A DNA stretch of 64,000 bases. Origin: an uncultured Bacteroidales bacterium (lineage in GTDB: Bacteria > Bacteroidota > Bacteroidia > Bacteroidales > JAUNSR01). The position numbers and the translations under genes were made by a program. Where the stretch lies: contig CAMTOJ010000015.1 of the NCBI GenBank assembly GCA_947074145.1, positions 44 to 64,043 of the forward strand. The letters run 5' to 3'. The notes below the pieces were generated by a model that saw only the letters and a program-made list of their open reading frames with translations, did not search any database and was not told the origin of the DNA. Within the stretch, counting starts at the first letter, position 1. Each line of letters begins with the position of its first letter. Positions 38,151 through 47,562 of the stretch are shown here, in pieces.

Positions 38151-40184
38151 TTAGAAATTAAATGATAAAGTCGTTTTAAAATTTCTTCCCATCCCTTTCA
38201 AATATCCACCATAAGGTTGATAACATTTGTCAAGCATATTATTAACAGCAAAATCCAGATTAATACCATTTAAAATTTTTCTGAATTTTAATCCTGCTCC
38301 CGCATCCCAAAGAGGATATGCATCTCTTGCATTTTGTCCCCACGTATTAGTTACTGCTTCTTGCGGAAGTCTGTCATATGAAGCTATATAGCTGAAACGA
38401 GCTGATATATATGTTTCTACGGATTTAATTCCTAATGTATATTTTAGCCTTGAACTAATCCTTCCAGGAGGAATACCCTCAAGATAAGTTCCTTTTGAGA
38501 AAAACCCATCATTACTCACATCATCTCCATAAGCATAATGAGCAGTTATTAGCAAATCTGCTTTTCCCGTAGATTGTACTTTGCCACAAAAAAGATTCAA
38601 AGAACCCTCAAATCCGTAAAGGCGTGCTTTATCGATATTGACAAATGTGTATTTATTGGTAAAAATCTCCTTTTCATTTATTCTGTCAAAAAATAATGAA
38701 CTCCAGATATTAGCTGTCATAATCATATATCGTCCGGAATAAGATAATTTATACTCTATATTATATGATGTCTCTGGATTAATATCAGGGTTCCCGACAA
38801 ATGTTCCTCTTCCTCCATAAAATATACCTACTGCCTCCATTGGTATTGGGAAACGAAAATGACGACTTACACTAATTCGACTTATTAGATATTTTCTTAT
38901 ACTAAAGTCCCAGTCTATCCCCCCTGTAATATTTTTATACAGATCAGACGTTATACTGTCTTTATGAATTCTTCCAATATCACCTCGAAGACTCATTCCT
39001 ACTTTATGTCTATCTTTATTATATTCCGAAAACAGATATAGACCATAAAGATTCTGACTTTGAACTGAAAAATCTTTATAGGCACTTTTAGTATCACGTA
39101 TTATATCATGATACTCTTTGTCTTGATGCAATTCATCATAGAAAATATCTGCACCAATTTGTCCAGACCAGTCTTTACTCAAATTAAGAGTCATATCAGC
39201 TCGTGCTCCCGCACTATTTTTAAATGATTGTCTAAGCTCCCTAAAAGCAAGTTGTTTTGTTCCTGCATTATATTGATCCTGACTCTGATCCGTATTTAAA
39301 GTATTATACCAAACATTGCAATTAAACACAGAATTGGCACCATCAACTTTTATTTTGAGAGAAGTTTCAAAATTATACTTGTCATTAAAAGATCTGAAGT
39401 CATACGGATTATTCTGAAAACCCAAAGGCTTATCCCGTTTACCGCTATAATAGGAATTATCCCAATCCACTGTCATATTTAATGACGGAATTAAACGCAC
39501 ATATTTAGAAGAAAGATTTTTATATTCATAAGATGAATTTGTGGCCTTTTCCCTATCTGAATAATGTAGATCAGATGCTTTAGTATATCGTCCGGTTATA
39601 TTAATCAGATCTCTTAAACCCGTATATCCAAGTCGCAGATTATAAGAATTTTCATTATTGTTTGTTGCATAAGAACTTTTAAGACGTGCGCGAAAACCTT
39701 TTTTATTGAACTCAGCTTTCTCATTTATAAGCAAAACTCCCCCTATACTACCACTGCCATAAAGAATATTTCTACTTCCATGGATAAGTCGTACCTCCGA
39801 AACATCTCCGGGATTTATATCTTCAAGAGAATAACCTGACTGAGTTATACCAGTCTTTATTATTCCATTCTTTTCAACATGAATCCGACTACCGTACATT
39901 CCTCTTATTAATAAAGGAAAAGTTGCTTCATGAATCTTCATTATTCCGGGCAATTGCTCTACCACATTAATAAAATTTTCTGTATTCACCTCCTCTATAT
40001 CAGTTGCTCGTAACGTTATAGAATTTATCATTCGAAGAGATTCGGCACGTAAAGCTGAAACCATAACCTCATCAAGTTTTCTATTGAATAAAGAATCCGA
40101 CTCTTTCTCAACATCAGACAATGACATTGAAAACGAAGTAGTTGAAATGATAAATACGGATAATATGATAAAAATGAACCTCAT
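38151..40184 (-). CDS. TonB-dependent receptor
   Basis: 677 aa with a signal peptide and a plug domain (LPGI..IRG..G). It has a 22-strand-type beta-rich body and a C-terminus TLSFNF. Confidence 0.85.
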   Translation of the reverse strand: MRFIFIILSVFIISTTSFSMSLSDVEKESDSLFNRKLDEVMVSALRAESLRMINSITLRATDIEEVNTENFINVVEQLPGIMKIHEATFPLLIRGMYGSRIHVEKNGIIKTGITQSGYSLEDINPGDVSEVRLIHGSRNILYGSGSIGGVLLINEKAEFNKKGFRARLKSSYATNNNENSYNLRLGYTGLRDLINITGRYTKASDLHYSDREKATNSSYEYKNLSSKYVRLIPSLNMTVDWDNSYYSGKRDKPLGFQNNPYDFRSFNDKYNFETSLKIKVDGANSVFNCNVWYNTLNTDQSQDQYNAGTKQLAFRELRQSFKNSAGARADMTLNLSKDWSGQIGADIFYDELHQDKEYHDIIRDTKSAYKDFSVQSQNLYGLYLFSEYNKDRHKVGMSLRGDIGRIHKDSITSDLYKNITGGIDWDFSIRKYLISRISVSRHFRFPIPMEAVGIFYGGRGTFVGNPDINPETSYNIEYKLSYSGRYMIMTANIWSSLFFDRINEKEIFTNKYTFVNIDKARLYGFEGSLNLFCGKVQSTGKADLLITAHYAYGDDVSNDGFFSKGTYLEGIPPGRISSRLKYTLGIKSVETYISARFSYIASYDRLPQEAVTNTWGQNARDAYPLWDAGAGLKFRKILNGINLDFAVNNMLDKCYQPYGGYLKGMGRNFKTTLSFNF

Positions 40185-40260
40185 TGATTAATTGATTAAT
40201 TTGTTAACCTTATAAACTTTTGTAAAAACCCGGCATATCAGCGAAAAAGGAATAATTAAT

Positions 40261-40932
40261 TTAGTTTATCTCGTAACCTTTAAATCGGTACCATCTTATT
40301 GGCACATGTCCACCACCCTGTCGCTCTATATGTTGCCACTTAAAAAAATTGCCCTCAGCTGTCTTTATAAGCCAAACAGGAGAACTGCTTTCCGGCAAAC
40401 GCACACCTTTATCTCCTATAACAAGCACTTGATATGCTTCTAAAAGTTCAGCCTCATCCAAAATGATATATCCATCTTTCCATGGATAAAGTTCTTCATT
40501 ATTCGGATCCATTGGAAATACTCCATCTGCCTGCAATGCACTCTGCATAGCAAGAGTCACCTCTTTAAATTCAACAAATCCTTCTGCTCCAAGACCGATA
40601 CCTGCATACTCTGACACATTAAGAGCCTTAGCTTTTCTATCTTTTGTTTCATCTCCCCATAAAAAGATTACCGGCCTGCCCCCATACGACCCTGTCTTTT
40701 CATCCATTATTCGCCATGCAAGCATCTTCATATCATATTCAAAATCCGGATATTCATCAAGCGACACTATCGAATCTGTTTCAAAATCTACGGCATACCC
40801 GGCAGGGTAATTCTGAGGTTTTGTCTCAAGAATACCTGTCGAAGGAATCTGTTCTGTAAAAAAATCATTCCGGTCAGATATTGGTGCACAACCAAGAAGT
40901 AAAAGGAATAAAAGGGAAACTTTATTTTTCAT
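40261..40932 (-). CDS. Lipoprotein of unknown function, upstream partner of the TonB-dependent receptor
   Basis: I prefer ATG 40932 (MKNKVSLLFLLLLGC lipobox) over the track start at 41076 (non-ATG). The gap to the receptor gene is 76 nt, on the same strand. Confidence 0.6.
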   Translation of the reverse strand: MKNKVSLLFLLLLGCAPISDRNDFFTEQIPSTGILETKPQNYPAGYAVDFETDSIVSLDEYPDFEYDMKMLAWRIMDEKTGSYGGRPVIFLWGDETKDRKAKALNVSEYAGIGLGAEGFVEFKEVTLAMQSALQADGVFPMDPNNEELYPWKDGYIILDEAELLEAYQVLVIGDKGVRLPESSSPVWLIKTAEGNFFKWQHIERQGGGHVPIRWYRFKGYEIN

Positions 40933-41674
40933 AAGTGATATAATGTTACAGTGAATAATCTGTGTATTACTGATTATGGACATTTTCTGATATGTAAATA
41001 CTGTTATCCTAAATCCAAATAACGTTCCAAAAATCACTTTTACATTTAACACACTGATATCACGCAACTTAACCAAGCCTACTAATTACAAGAGATATAC
41101 AAAGTAGTAATTGAATATCATAAATCTTACTTTATTGTAGGATTTTATTTAAATCTTATATGATTTGATTCATTCATTATTAATACAATTTGTTTTCATT
41201 CTTTGTTAATACTTGAAGTATATAGAACCCTAATCCTACAAAAATGTAGCTCAATTAACATTTTAACACATAAATGTTCAATATTAATAATCTATCAATC
41301 GAGCAATCTATTTATTCTTAATCAATTAAGAATTATGGCACATTTCTTGATGCATGGAATAATATAGAACTTCTCATTATTGACAAATTAAAAAGAGTAA
41401 ATATCAATTTTGAAGAAGTTTTTTTGAGGATAGCGTTATCTAGTAAACAAATAAAGATTTTTTTTAATACTCGTTATCCGGTAAAAAATAACGTTACATA
41501 ATTCACATTATATCATAAGATTAAATAGACTACATGTGCTAAAATAATGATGATGAATACTTTTAAACAGATAAACAATTTTTTATAGTACAAAATAAAG
41601 AGAATTAAGAACTGAAATTTCCAATCTATTTTCTTATATGACAATATTATTCAAACAAATAAATTATTAAAAAC

Positions 41675-42751
41675 ATGAGACAATTTTTTACTCTCTTAAC
41701 TCTTGGAGCTACTCTTGGAATATCTGCACAAACAGGAACTGTTAAAGATATAGACGGTAATACTTATAAAACGAAAGTTTATGCCGGCACAGAATGGATG
41801 ATAGAGAATCTAAAAGTTTCTCATTACAGTGACGGAAGTGAAATAATTAATGGTAATCTCGATGATAATAATACCGGATCTGTACCGGAGTATGTAGAAT
41901 ACATAGGTAGAACAATGCAGTTTAATAATAATCCTGAACTTACTAAAATTTACGGACGTCTATATAATCATGACGTAACTGAAGTAGAAGCCGGTATTTG
42001 TCCTGAAGGGTGGGAAGTTCCTTCATATAAAGATTTTCTTGAATTGGTCGATTTTATTATGGATACCAAATATGCTGAAGGTAATTACCTTGATTCAAAC
42101 GGTGACTTCAATAAAAACTCAACATTTGAAAATGTTGCCAATAAATTAAAATCAAAAGATTTATGGGATTATAACCTTGGAGGTACGGATGAAGTGGAAT
42201 TTAATATAATGCCTACAGGGTTTAGAAATCGTTATAATGCGTCTAATTTTAAAACAATAGAATATATTCAGATGCATGAGACAGCACGAATATGGTGTAA
42301 AGAGCAGATGCGTGTAAAACCGGGATACAATGGTCGTATGTCTATGGTTATAACTAACAGAATACAGCCATCTGATAAGGGGGATTATAGCACTGATAAT
42401 ATGGAGTATAATAGTTCTCTTCTATATCTTTCATCAAGTCACCATAGCGAAGGGCAAAACATAAGATGTATCAAAAAAAACGGAAATGTCCCTACTTCAA
42501 TAAATAAAGAAGAATCGCTAAAACTTGCTATATATCCAAATCCGGCAACTTCATATATTCTTATAAGCGGAGCAGATACAGATAATGGCATTTTGAGAAT
42601 TTACAATCTTTCAGGATCTCTTGTAAAAGAAGCAAGATTCACTTCTTCTGAAAATAAAATTGATATAGAAGAGATGGCTGCCGGCATATATGTTTGCAGT
42701 ATTGAATCTGAAGGTAAAACCAAAGAAACAAGAAAGCTTATTGTTCAATAA
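41675..42751 (+). CDS. FISUMP-domain (Fibrobacter succinogenes major paralogous domain) protein with T9SS C-terminal sorting domain
   Basis: 358 aa with a signal peptide. FISUMP pattern: DIDGNTYKTKV..GTEWMIENL...YGRLYN....CPEGWEVPS..DF..L. The last ~75 aa (LAIYPNPATSYILIS...GIYVCSIE...KLIVQ) match the Por secretion tail pattern. Confidence 0.8.
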   Translation: MRQFFTLLTLGATLGISAQTGTVKDIDGNTYKTKVYAGTEWMIENLKVSHYSDGSEIINGNLDDNNTGSVPEYVEYIGRTMQFNNNPELTKIYGRLYNHDVTEVEAGICPEGWEVPSYKDFLELVDFIMDTKYAEGNYLDSNGDFNKNSTFENVANKLKSKDLWDYNLGGTDEVEFNIMPTGFRNRYNASNFKTIEYIQMHETARIWCKEQMRVKPGYNGRMSMVITNRIQPSDKGDYSTDNMEYNSSLLYLSSSHHSEGQNIRCIKKNGNVPTSINKEESLKLAIYPNPATSYILISGADTDNGILRIYNLSGSLVKEARFTSSENKIDIEEMAAGIYVCSIESEGKTKETRKLIVQ

Positions 42752-42760
42752 ACAATTGTC

Positions 42761-43600
42761 ATGAAAAGATTCATCCGACTATTTATTTTTTTGTGTTGCT
42801 TAATCGGGTTTTCTGTAAAAGCAGAGAATTGCGTAGCCGAATATTGGTGTGGTTTTCAATTCTCTGGCAATCCCAAAGAGAATCCACAATTCAGAAATAT
42901 GCTTAGAGATTATCTGCCTCTGATGGCTCAAAGTGATAGTGCAACACAAAAATTGTCGGTGATAAATCTTTTTAAAGAATCTGCTGTAGATAAAGATGCA
43001 TTAGCAACTATAGCCAATATGCTTGATTTATTATACAATTATCCTAACTCGCCATACAGAAACAGTTATATAGCGGAAACAATATATGAAACAGTAATAA
43101 ACTCACCGATAGTCTCTGAAACTGATAAAAAGAACTATAGCAATAAACTTCACACATTGCGACTTAACGCAAAAGGAAGAACTGCCAATGATTTTGAAAC
43201 CAGAACACCTCAGGGAGATCCATTCTTTCTTCATGAAGTGGAGGCCGATTATACGGTTCTGTTTTTCTATAATCCTGACTGTGAATCTTGTCACGGAATT
43301 ACAAATTCGCTAAATAAGAGTTTAGTGCTAACAGACATGATAAGTCGCGAAAAGCTTAAGATATTTGCCGTTTATCTTGAAAAAGAATATGAAAAATGGA
43401 TAAGTTTTGCATCCGATACACCTCAATGGATTCATGGGTGGGACAGTAGAAACTACATTGAGCAATCAGGACTTTATCTTCTCGAAGCAATCCCAACAAT
43501 ATATCTTCTTGACAATAATAAAAATGTTATTATGAAAGATTGTTCTGTTATTCAACTTGAATCATGTCTATTAAAGATGAAAAGAGCCGGCATAGATTAA
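42761..43600 (+). CDS. Thioredoxin-fold (TlpA-like) protein with helical N-terminal domain (DUF5106-like)
   Basis: 279 aa with a signal peptide. The CxxC motif (NPDCESCH) sits in FFYNPDC context. It starts 9 nt after the FISUMP gene. The family name is from memory. Confidence 0.6.
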   Translation: MKRFIRLFIFLCCLIGFSVKAENCVAEYWCGFQFSGNPKENPQFRNMLRDYLPLMAQSDSATQKLSVINLFKESAVDKDALATIANMLDLLYNYPNSPYRNSYIAETIYETVINSPIVSETDKKNYSNKLHTLRLNAKGRTANDFETRTPQGDPFFLHEVEADYTVLFFYNPDCESCHGITNSLNKSLVLTDMISREKLKIFAVYLEKEYEKWISFASDTPQWIHGWDSRNYIEQSGLYLLEAIPTIYLLDNNKNVIMKDCSVIQLESCLLKMKRAGID

Positions 43601-43641
43601 AAATCGATGTCGGCTCTTTCTATTTAATATATCTAACAATC

Positions 43642-45555
43642 CTATCTTTTACTCATATCATTATAAAGGATCTGCAAGAACGCCTTTCCCTGCTCCTCTA
43701 TCTCCTGGTTTGCTCTATCAAAATATGCACCGTATCTTTTCTGGTCTGAAGTAATATCTTTCACTACAAAAGGTATTGATGCCTCACAATTATAAACCGC
43801 AATAACTGAATCATTCAAAATTCCGAACCCGTCTTTAAAAGTATAATACGCAAAATGATTAAAATCGTCCGACATAATATCCTTACTATATGTAAAATCT
43901 TTGGTATCAATATTCATCTGTGAAAGAAGAGTTGAAGCCAAATCGATTTGAGAACCAAAACGATCAATCTTTCGACCTCCGTTAATTGCACCTCCTGTCC
44001 ATACCATAGGAATATGATATCTTCCGGGCTCTGCATTATTTATGTTTGAAGGATAAAGCATTGAGTGATCGGGAACAAGAATAATCAAAGTATTATCCCA
44101 TAAAGCTGTCTTTTTAAATTCATCAATAAAAATCCCAAGACAACTATCTGTATAAGCCACCGAATTAAGATAAGGAGCATCAAACTTATTTGTTGGAACA
44201 TCAAAAGGTTCATGTGAACTCAAAGTAAGAAACATCTTGAAGAATGGAGACTTTTGTTCCGTTTTCCTAATCGAATCTTCTTTTAAAATATCTTCTTTAA
44301 GATATTCGAAAGTCAAATCATCTCTTACCCCCCATTTTGTCATTCGCTGAGAGATAGGAAAGTTTTTGTCACATATTATCTCATCAAAGCCTGCACTCAT
44401 AAAATAACCACGCATATTGGTAAAATCGGCATCTCCTCCATAAAGAAAAGACAAATCCTCATAGCCTGATTTTTTCAAGGATGAAGAAATCGAAGGTAAA
44501 CTTTGTGCTTTTGCCGGATACTTCATTATTGACGTTGTTGGTTGTGCCGGAAAAGCACTTAATATAGAAACCAATCCTCTGTCTGTTCTAAAGCTGTTTG
44601 CATAGAAATTAGTGAAAGCTATGCCCTCATCAAAAAGGGTATTCATAGTAGGTGCAACACCCTTCTCTCCTCCTAATTGTTCAATAATTTTTCCGGAAAA
44701 ACTCTCAAGTACTATTAAAAGAATATTAGGACGTTCACTCTTTAGTAAAGGTGTATTATCTTCCGTATCTGTATCCTCAGCAACGATTTTAGGATTATTG
44801 TTATACATAAGTTTTGAGAATCTCTCCTCTGCCACTTCGTTATCCATAAACCTATATTGACTGCCAAGATCAGAATCTTTAGAAATAGAGCTTACGAATG
44901 AAAACATCGGATTAATAGCAGCATGATTAAGCTCAAGTTTACTTGAATAATATGCCTTGCCAACATTCATTGTAGAAACAGTAAATCCACCTCTGATTGG
45001 TATAAAAAGCAGTCCTGCAAGAAGAACATATATCAACGTATACTTAGATTTGCCAACTATCGATAGAGACAGATTTTGATCTCTTCGACTCTGTTTTATA
45101 AACAGATATACGAGAAATGCACATACTAATACTGATATAGGAACAAGTATCATCTGCCAACCATTGATACTTGCCATAGCCTCTGAAGGCGTTCTCATAT
45201 AAAAAAGAGGCGTTGAATCTAATCTGAAACCCCAAAAGGAGTAAAGTTCTAAATCCACTATGAAAATCACGGAAATAAATAATGAAGCAAATACATAGTA
45301 TATCTTTCGAACAAGATAATACCAGCCACCTTTAATCCATACAGATATTATACGTAATAATACTGGTACTATCATTAAGTATCCCGCCATAGAAAAATCC
45401 ATTGGTAATCCGTGCCAAATCACTTTAAACCATTCAGCAACCCCTACATCTTTATAAAGGTCCAAATGATAAAGCATGAACAACGGCTTTTGAATAACAA
45501 AAATCAATATAAACTTAAGATAAGTCTTTAGCAGGTTAAATATAATCTGTTTCAT
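43642..45555 (-). CDS. LTA synthase / phosphoglycerol-transferase family membrane sulfatase-fold protein
   Basis: 637 aa with about 5 N-terminal TM helices. The extracytoplasmic sulfatase-fold domain carries NILLIVLESFSG and VPDHS motifs. Confidence 0.8.
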   Translation of the reverse strand: MKQIIFNLLKTYLKFILIFVIQKPLFMLYHLDLYKDVGVAEWFKVIWHGLPMDFSMAGYLMIVPVLLRIISVWIKGGWYYLVRKIYYVFASLFISVIFIVDLELYSFWGFRLDSTPLFYMRTPSEAMASINGWQMILVPISVLVCAFLVYLFIKQSRRDQNLSLSIVGKSKYTLIYVLLAGLLFIPIRGGFTVSTMNVGKAYYSSKLELNHAAINPMFSFVSSISKDSDLGSQYRFMDNEVAEERFSKLMYNNNPKIVAEDTDTEDNTPLLKSERPNILLIVLESFSGKIIEQLGGEKGVAPTMNTLFDEGIAFTNFYANSFRTDRGLVSILSAFPAQPTTSIMKYPAKAQSLPSISSSLKKSGYEDLSFLYGGDADFTNMRGYFMSAGFDEIICDKNFPISQRMTKWGVRDDLTFEYLKEDILKEDSIRKTEQKSPFFKMFLTLSSHEPFDVPTNKFDAPYLNSVAYTDSCLGIFIDEFKKTALWDNTLIILVPDHSMLYPSNINNAEPGRYHIPMVWTGGAINGGRKIDRFGSQIDLASTLLSQMNIDTKDFTYSKDIMSDDFNHFAYYTFKDGFGILNDSVIAVYNCEASIPFVVKDITSDQKRYGAYFDRANQEIEEQGKAFLQILYNDMSKR

Positions 45556-45588
45556 CTCCGATAGATTTGTTGCTTGCGAAATAATATT

Positions 45589-46158
45589 TTAAAAATCATC
45601 ATCCTCTATATATCCGTTCATCATTGCATAAAAAGTCAATCCGCTAACTGTTTTTATTCCAAGTTTGGCTGTTATATTTTTCCTATGAGTCAACACGGTG
45701 TTGAGACTTATATATAACTCATCTGCAATCTCTTTGTTGATCCTTCCTTTAGTTATAAGTTTAAGTACATCTACTTCCCTTGTTGAGAGAGGTTCCTTAT
45801 TATTATCTTTTACACTATTTGAATTTATATGCGAAATTATAGTTTGAAATGAATCGATAATATTATCGGTATTATCGTTTATATTAAGGTGAAAGAATTG
45901 ATTATGTTTTCCTTCAGATTTGTTCAATAACACTGTCTTTTGCTTTCTAAGTAAGAAAAATTCATAATTCATTATTACAGATTCACTATCTGAAATAAAC
46001 ATGAAATAAGAATCTAAATTCTGTACATTCTTAAGCTCCTCCACTGTCGAAAACATATCGGCATGTGAAAGATCATAATATTCATCTAACAAATGTTTTA
46101 TGGCATATCCTATTATCGGAACATTAATGACGATGGCAATTTTCTTTTCCTTATTCAT
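45589..46158 (-). CDS. LuxR-family transcriptional regulator with degenerate receiver-like N-terminal domain
   Basis: 189 aa. The C-terminal LuxR HTH reads LSTREVDVLKLITKGRINKEIADELYISLNTVLTHRKNI. The N-terminal receiver-like fold has INVP where the acidic DD pair is expected. Confidence 0.8.
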   Translation of the reverse strand: MNKEKKIAIVINVPIIGYAIKHLLDEYYDLSHADMFSTVEELKNVQNLDSYFMFISDSESVIMNYEFFLLRKQKTVLLNKSEGKHNQFFHLNINDNTDNIIDSFQTIISHINSNSVKDNNKEPLSTREVDVLKLITKGRINKEIADELYISLNTVLTHRKNITAKLGIKTVSGLTFYAMMNGYIEDDDF

Positions 46159-46187
46159 TTTTATAACATCCGCTTTGTGATATATAA

Positions 46188-46883
46188 TTATTGATTTGTA
46201 CTGTTTTTCTTCAATGCTTCAACAAGAGGCATCAAAATTCTATTTCTGATTCTGTTATTCTGATGTATATCTTTTTCAAGATTACATATAGAAACCAATA
46301 CCGCATAACAAAGATTTTGATCATATTCTCCATTCAAATGGATTATAATCAGATTCTTTATATCCCTCAATTTTTCCTCCATTGACTCATTTTCCTCAAA
46401 AACAGATCCTATATAGAGTTCATCACTATTATAATTTTCAAGCATTGCTTTTATAGAGGGAAAAAACTCCTTTTTATCACTATGGATTCTCTCAATAAGC
46501 TCTTTTTTAAATACCGAGAAAAACTTCCTTATAACTGAAAGACTTGCATTTGATGGATCGCTTCTTTCAATAAAAAAGTTTAAATGACTCTCTATATTAG
46601 GTATTAAAAAACGCTCGTAAGAATTATCTGTCTTTGTCAGATAATCCATCACCTGACCAATATTGAATGATCGAAATTTAGTTTCAGGAAAATAATCGTC
46701 ATATCTAAATGTATTTATGATAGATGTGAAAAAATCGGGGTCAAGCGATTTCTCTTCACATATCTCCTTTATAGTCTTATCCCCTAGTCCAAGACGAATA
46801 CCGAAACGATTGATAACCGGTATAAGGCTTGGTTCATCTATGATCACATCTGAAAGGATCAATTCCTGATTAATTAGTGCCAT
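46188..46883 (-). CDS. Hemerythrin-like / ScdA_N-like domain protein (tentative)
   Basis: I prefer ATG 46883 (MALINQELILSD). The N-terminus LIPVINRFGIRLGLGDKTIKEICEEKSLDPDFF resembles the ScdA N-terminal type seen in Bacteroidales hemerythrin-domain proteins. The helical remainder has spaced His/Glu residues. The assignment is from memory only. Confidence 0.45.
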   Translation of the reverse strand: MALINQELILSDVIIDEPSLIPVINRFGIRLGLGDKTIKEICEEKSLDPDFFTSIINTFRYDDYFPETKFRSFNIGQVMDYLTKTDNSYERFLIPNIESHLNFFIERSDPSNASLSVIRKFFSVFKKELIERIHSDKKEFFPSIKAMLENYNSDELYIGSVFEENESMEEKLRDIKNLIIIHLNGEYDQNLCYAVLVSICNLEKDIHQNNRIRNRILMPLVEALKKNSTNQ

Positions 46884-46930
46884 AATTTTTTTTTGATATA
46901 GTATAAAGAGTTTATATATAATTGTAAATC

Positions 46931-47542
46931 TCAAACAATCTGTGTTGGTAACGATAGTTCAGCATTATCATTACTTGTAAAAATCCACGATTCGCAAACC
47001 ACTGCTGTCAAAGGTTCATCAAAAATCTCAGTCGGTACTGTTTCTATTATCTGAAAATCGAAACAAATACCAACTTTAGGAACGTCTATATTTTTTAATA
47101 ACCTATCATAATAACCTTTTCCTCTGCCAATCCTGTTACAGGTTTTGTCAAATGCAACTCCCGGTACAATTACCAAGTCGATAGTTGAAAGCTCTTCCAG
47201 ATCATCCCCCGTAGGTTCTAAAATTCCGTAAGCTCCTTTCTTTAGGTTATTTTTATTATACAATCTGAGCTTTAGGTCATCACCACAAACCACCGGCAAA
47301 TATACACTCTTTGTCGCACTCCATTCATCTATTTTATGATTTGTTTCCACCTCATCGGGTAAAGAAGAGTAAAAAAGTATATTCCGGGATTTTTTAAAAA
47401 AAATCAGATTCTCTACGTTAGTGAGAATCTGATTTGATCTATATTGTTTTTCCTCCAATGAGAGCATCCTTTTTCTTTGGGCAATCTCATTCCTCAGATA
47501 TATTTTTTGTTTACGAATATCATTAATTTCTTTATTATCCAT
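46931..47542 (-). CDS. 5-formyltetrahydrofolate cyclo-ligase
   Basis: The GVAFDKTCNRIGRGKGYYDRLL motif is present. The track start 47551 is TTG. The in-frame ATG at 47542 (MDNKEIND) is preferred. Confidence 0.8.
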   Translation of the reverse strand: MDNKEINDIRKQKIYLRNEIAQRKRMLSLEEKQYRSNQILTNVENLIFFKKSRNILFYSSLPDEVETNHKIDEWSATKSVYLPVVCGDDLKLRLYNKNNLKKGAYGILEPTGDDLEELSTIDLVIVPGVAFDKTCNRIGRGKGYYDRLLKNIDVPKVGICFDFQIIETVPTEIFDEPLTAVVCESWIFTSNDNAELSLPTQIV

Positions 47543-47562
47543 AAATAACAAATATTTTAGTC

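Noticed and set aside
40261-40932. Calling the receptor-associated lipoprotein HmuY and the receptor a haem receptor
   Set aside because: Only the gene order is reminiscent of hmuY-hmuR. I could not find HmuY-like sequence blocks. The NPDINPE motif in the receptor is generic to TonB-dependent receptors, not haem-specific.
40933-41674. Cobalamin or TPP riboswitch, or an invertible promoter, in the 742-bp spacer. A 10-bp inverted repeat TTGTAGGATT/AATCCTACAA lies at 41135..41144 and 41232..41241.
   Set aside because: There is no B12-box or TPP-core sequence, and the region is too AT-rich for those folds. A single 10-bp inverted repeat in 742 bp of AT-rich DNA is about what chance predicts, and no recombinase gene is nearby.
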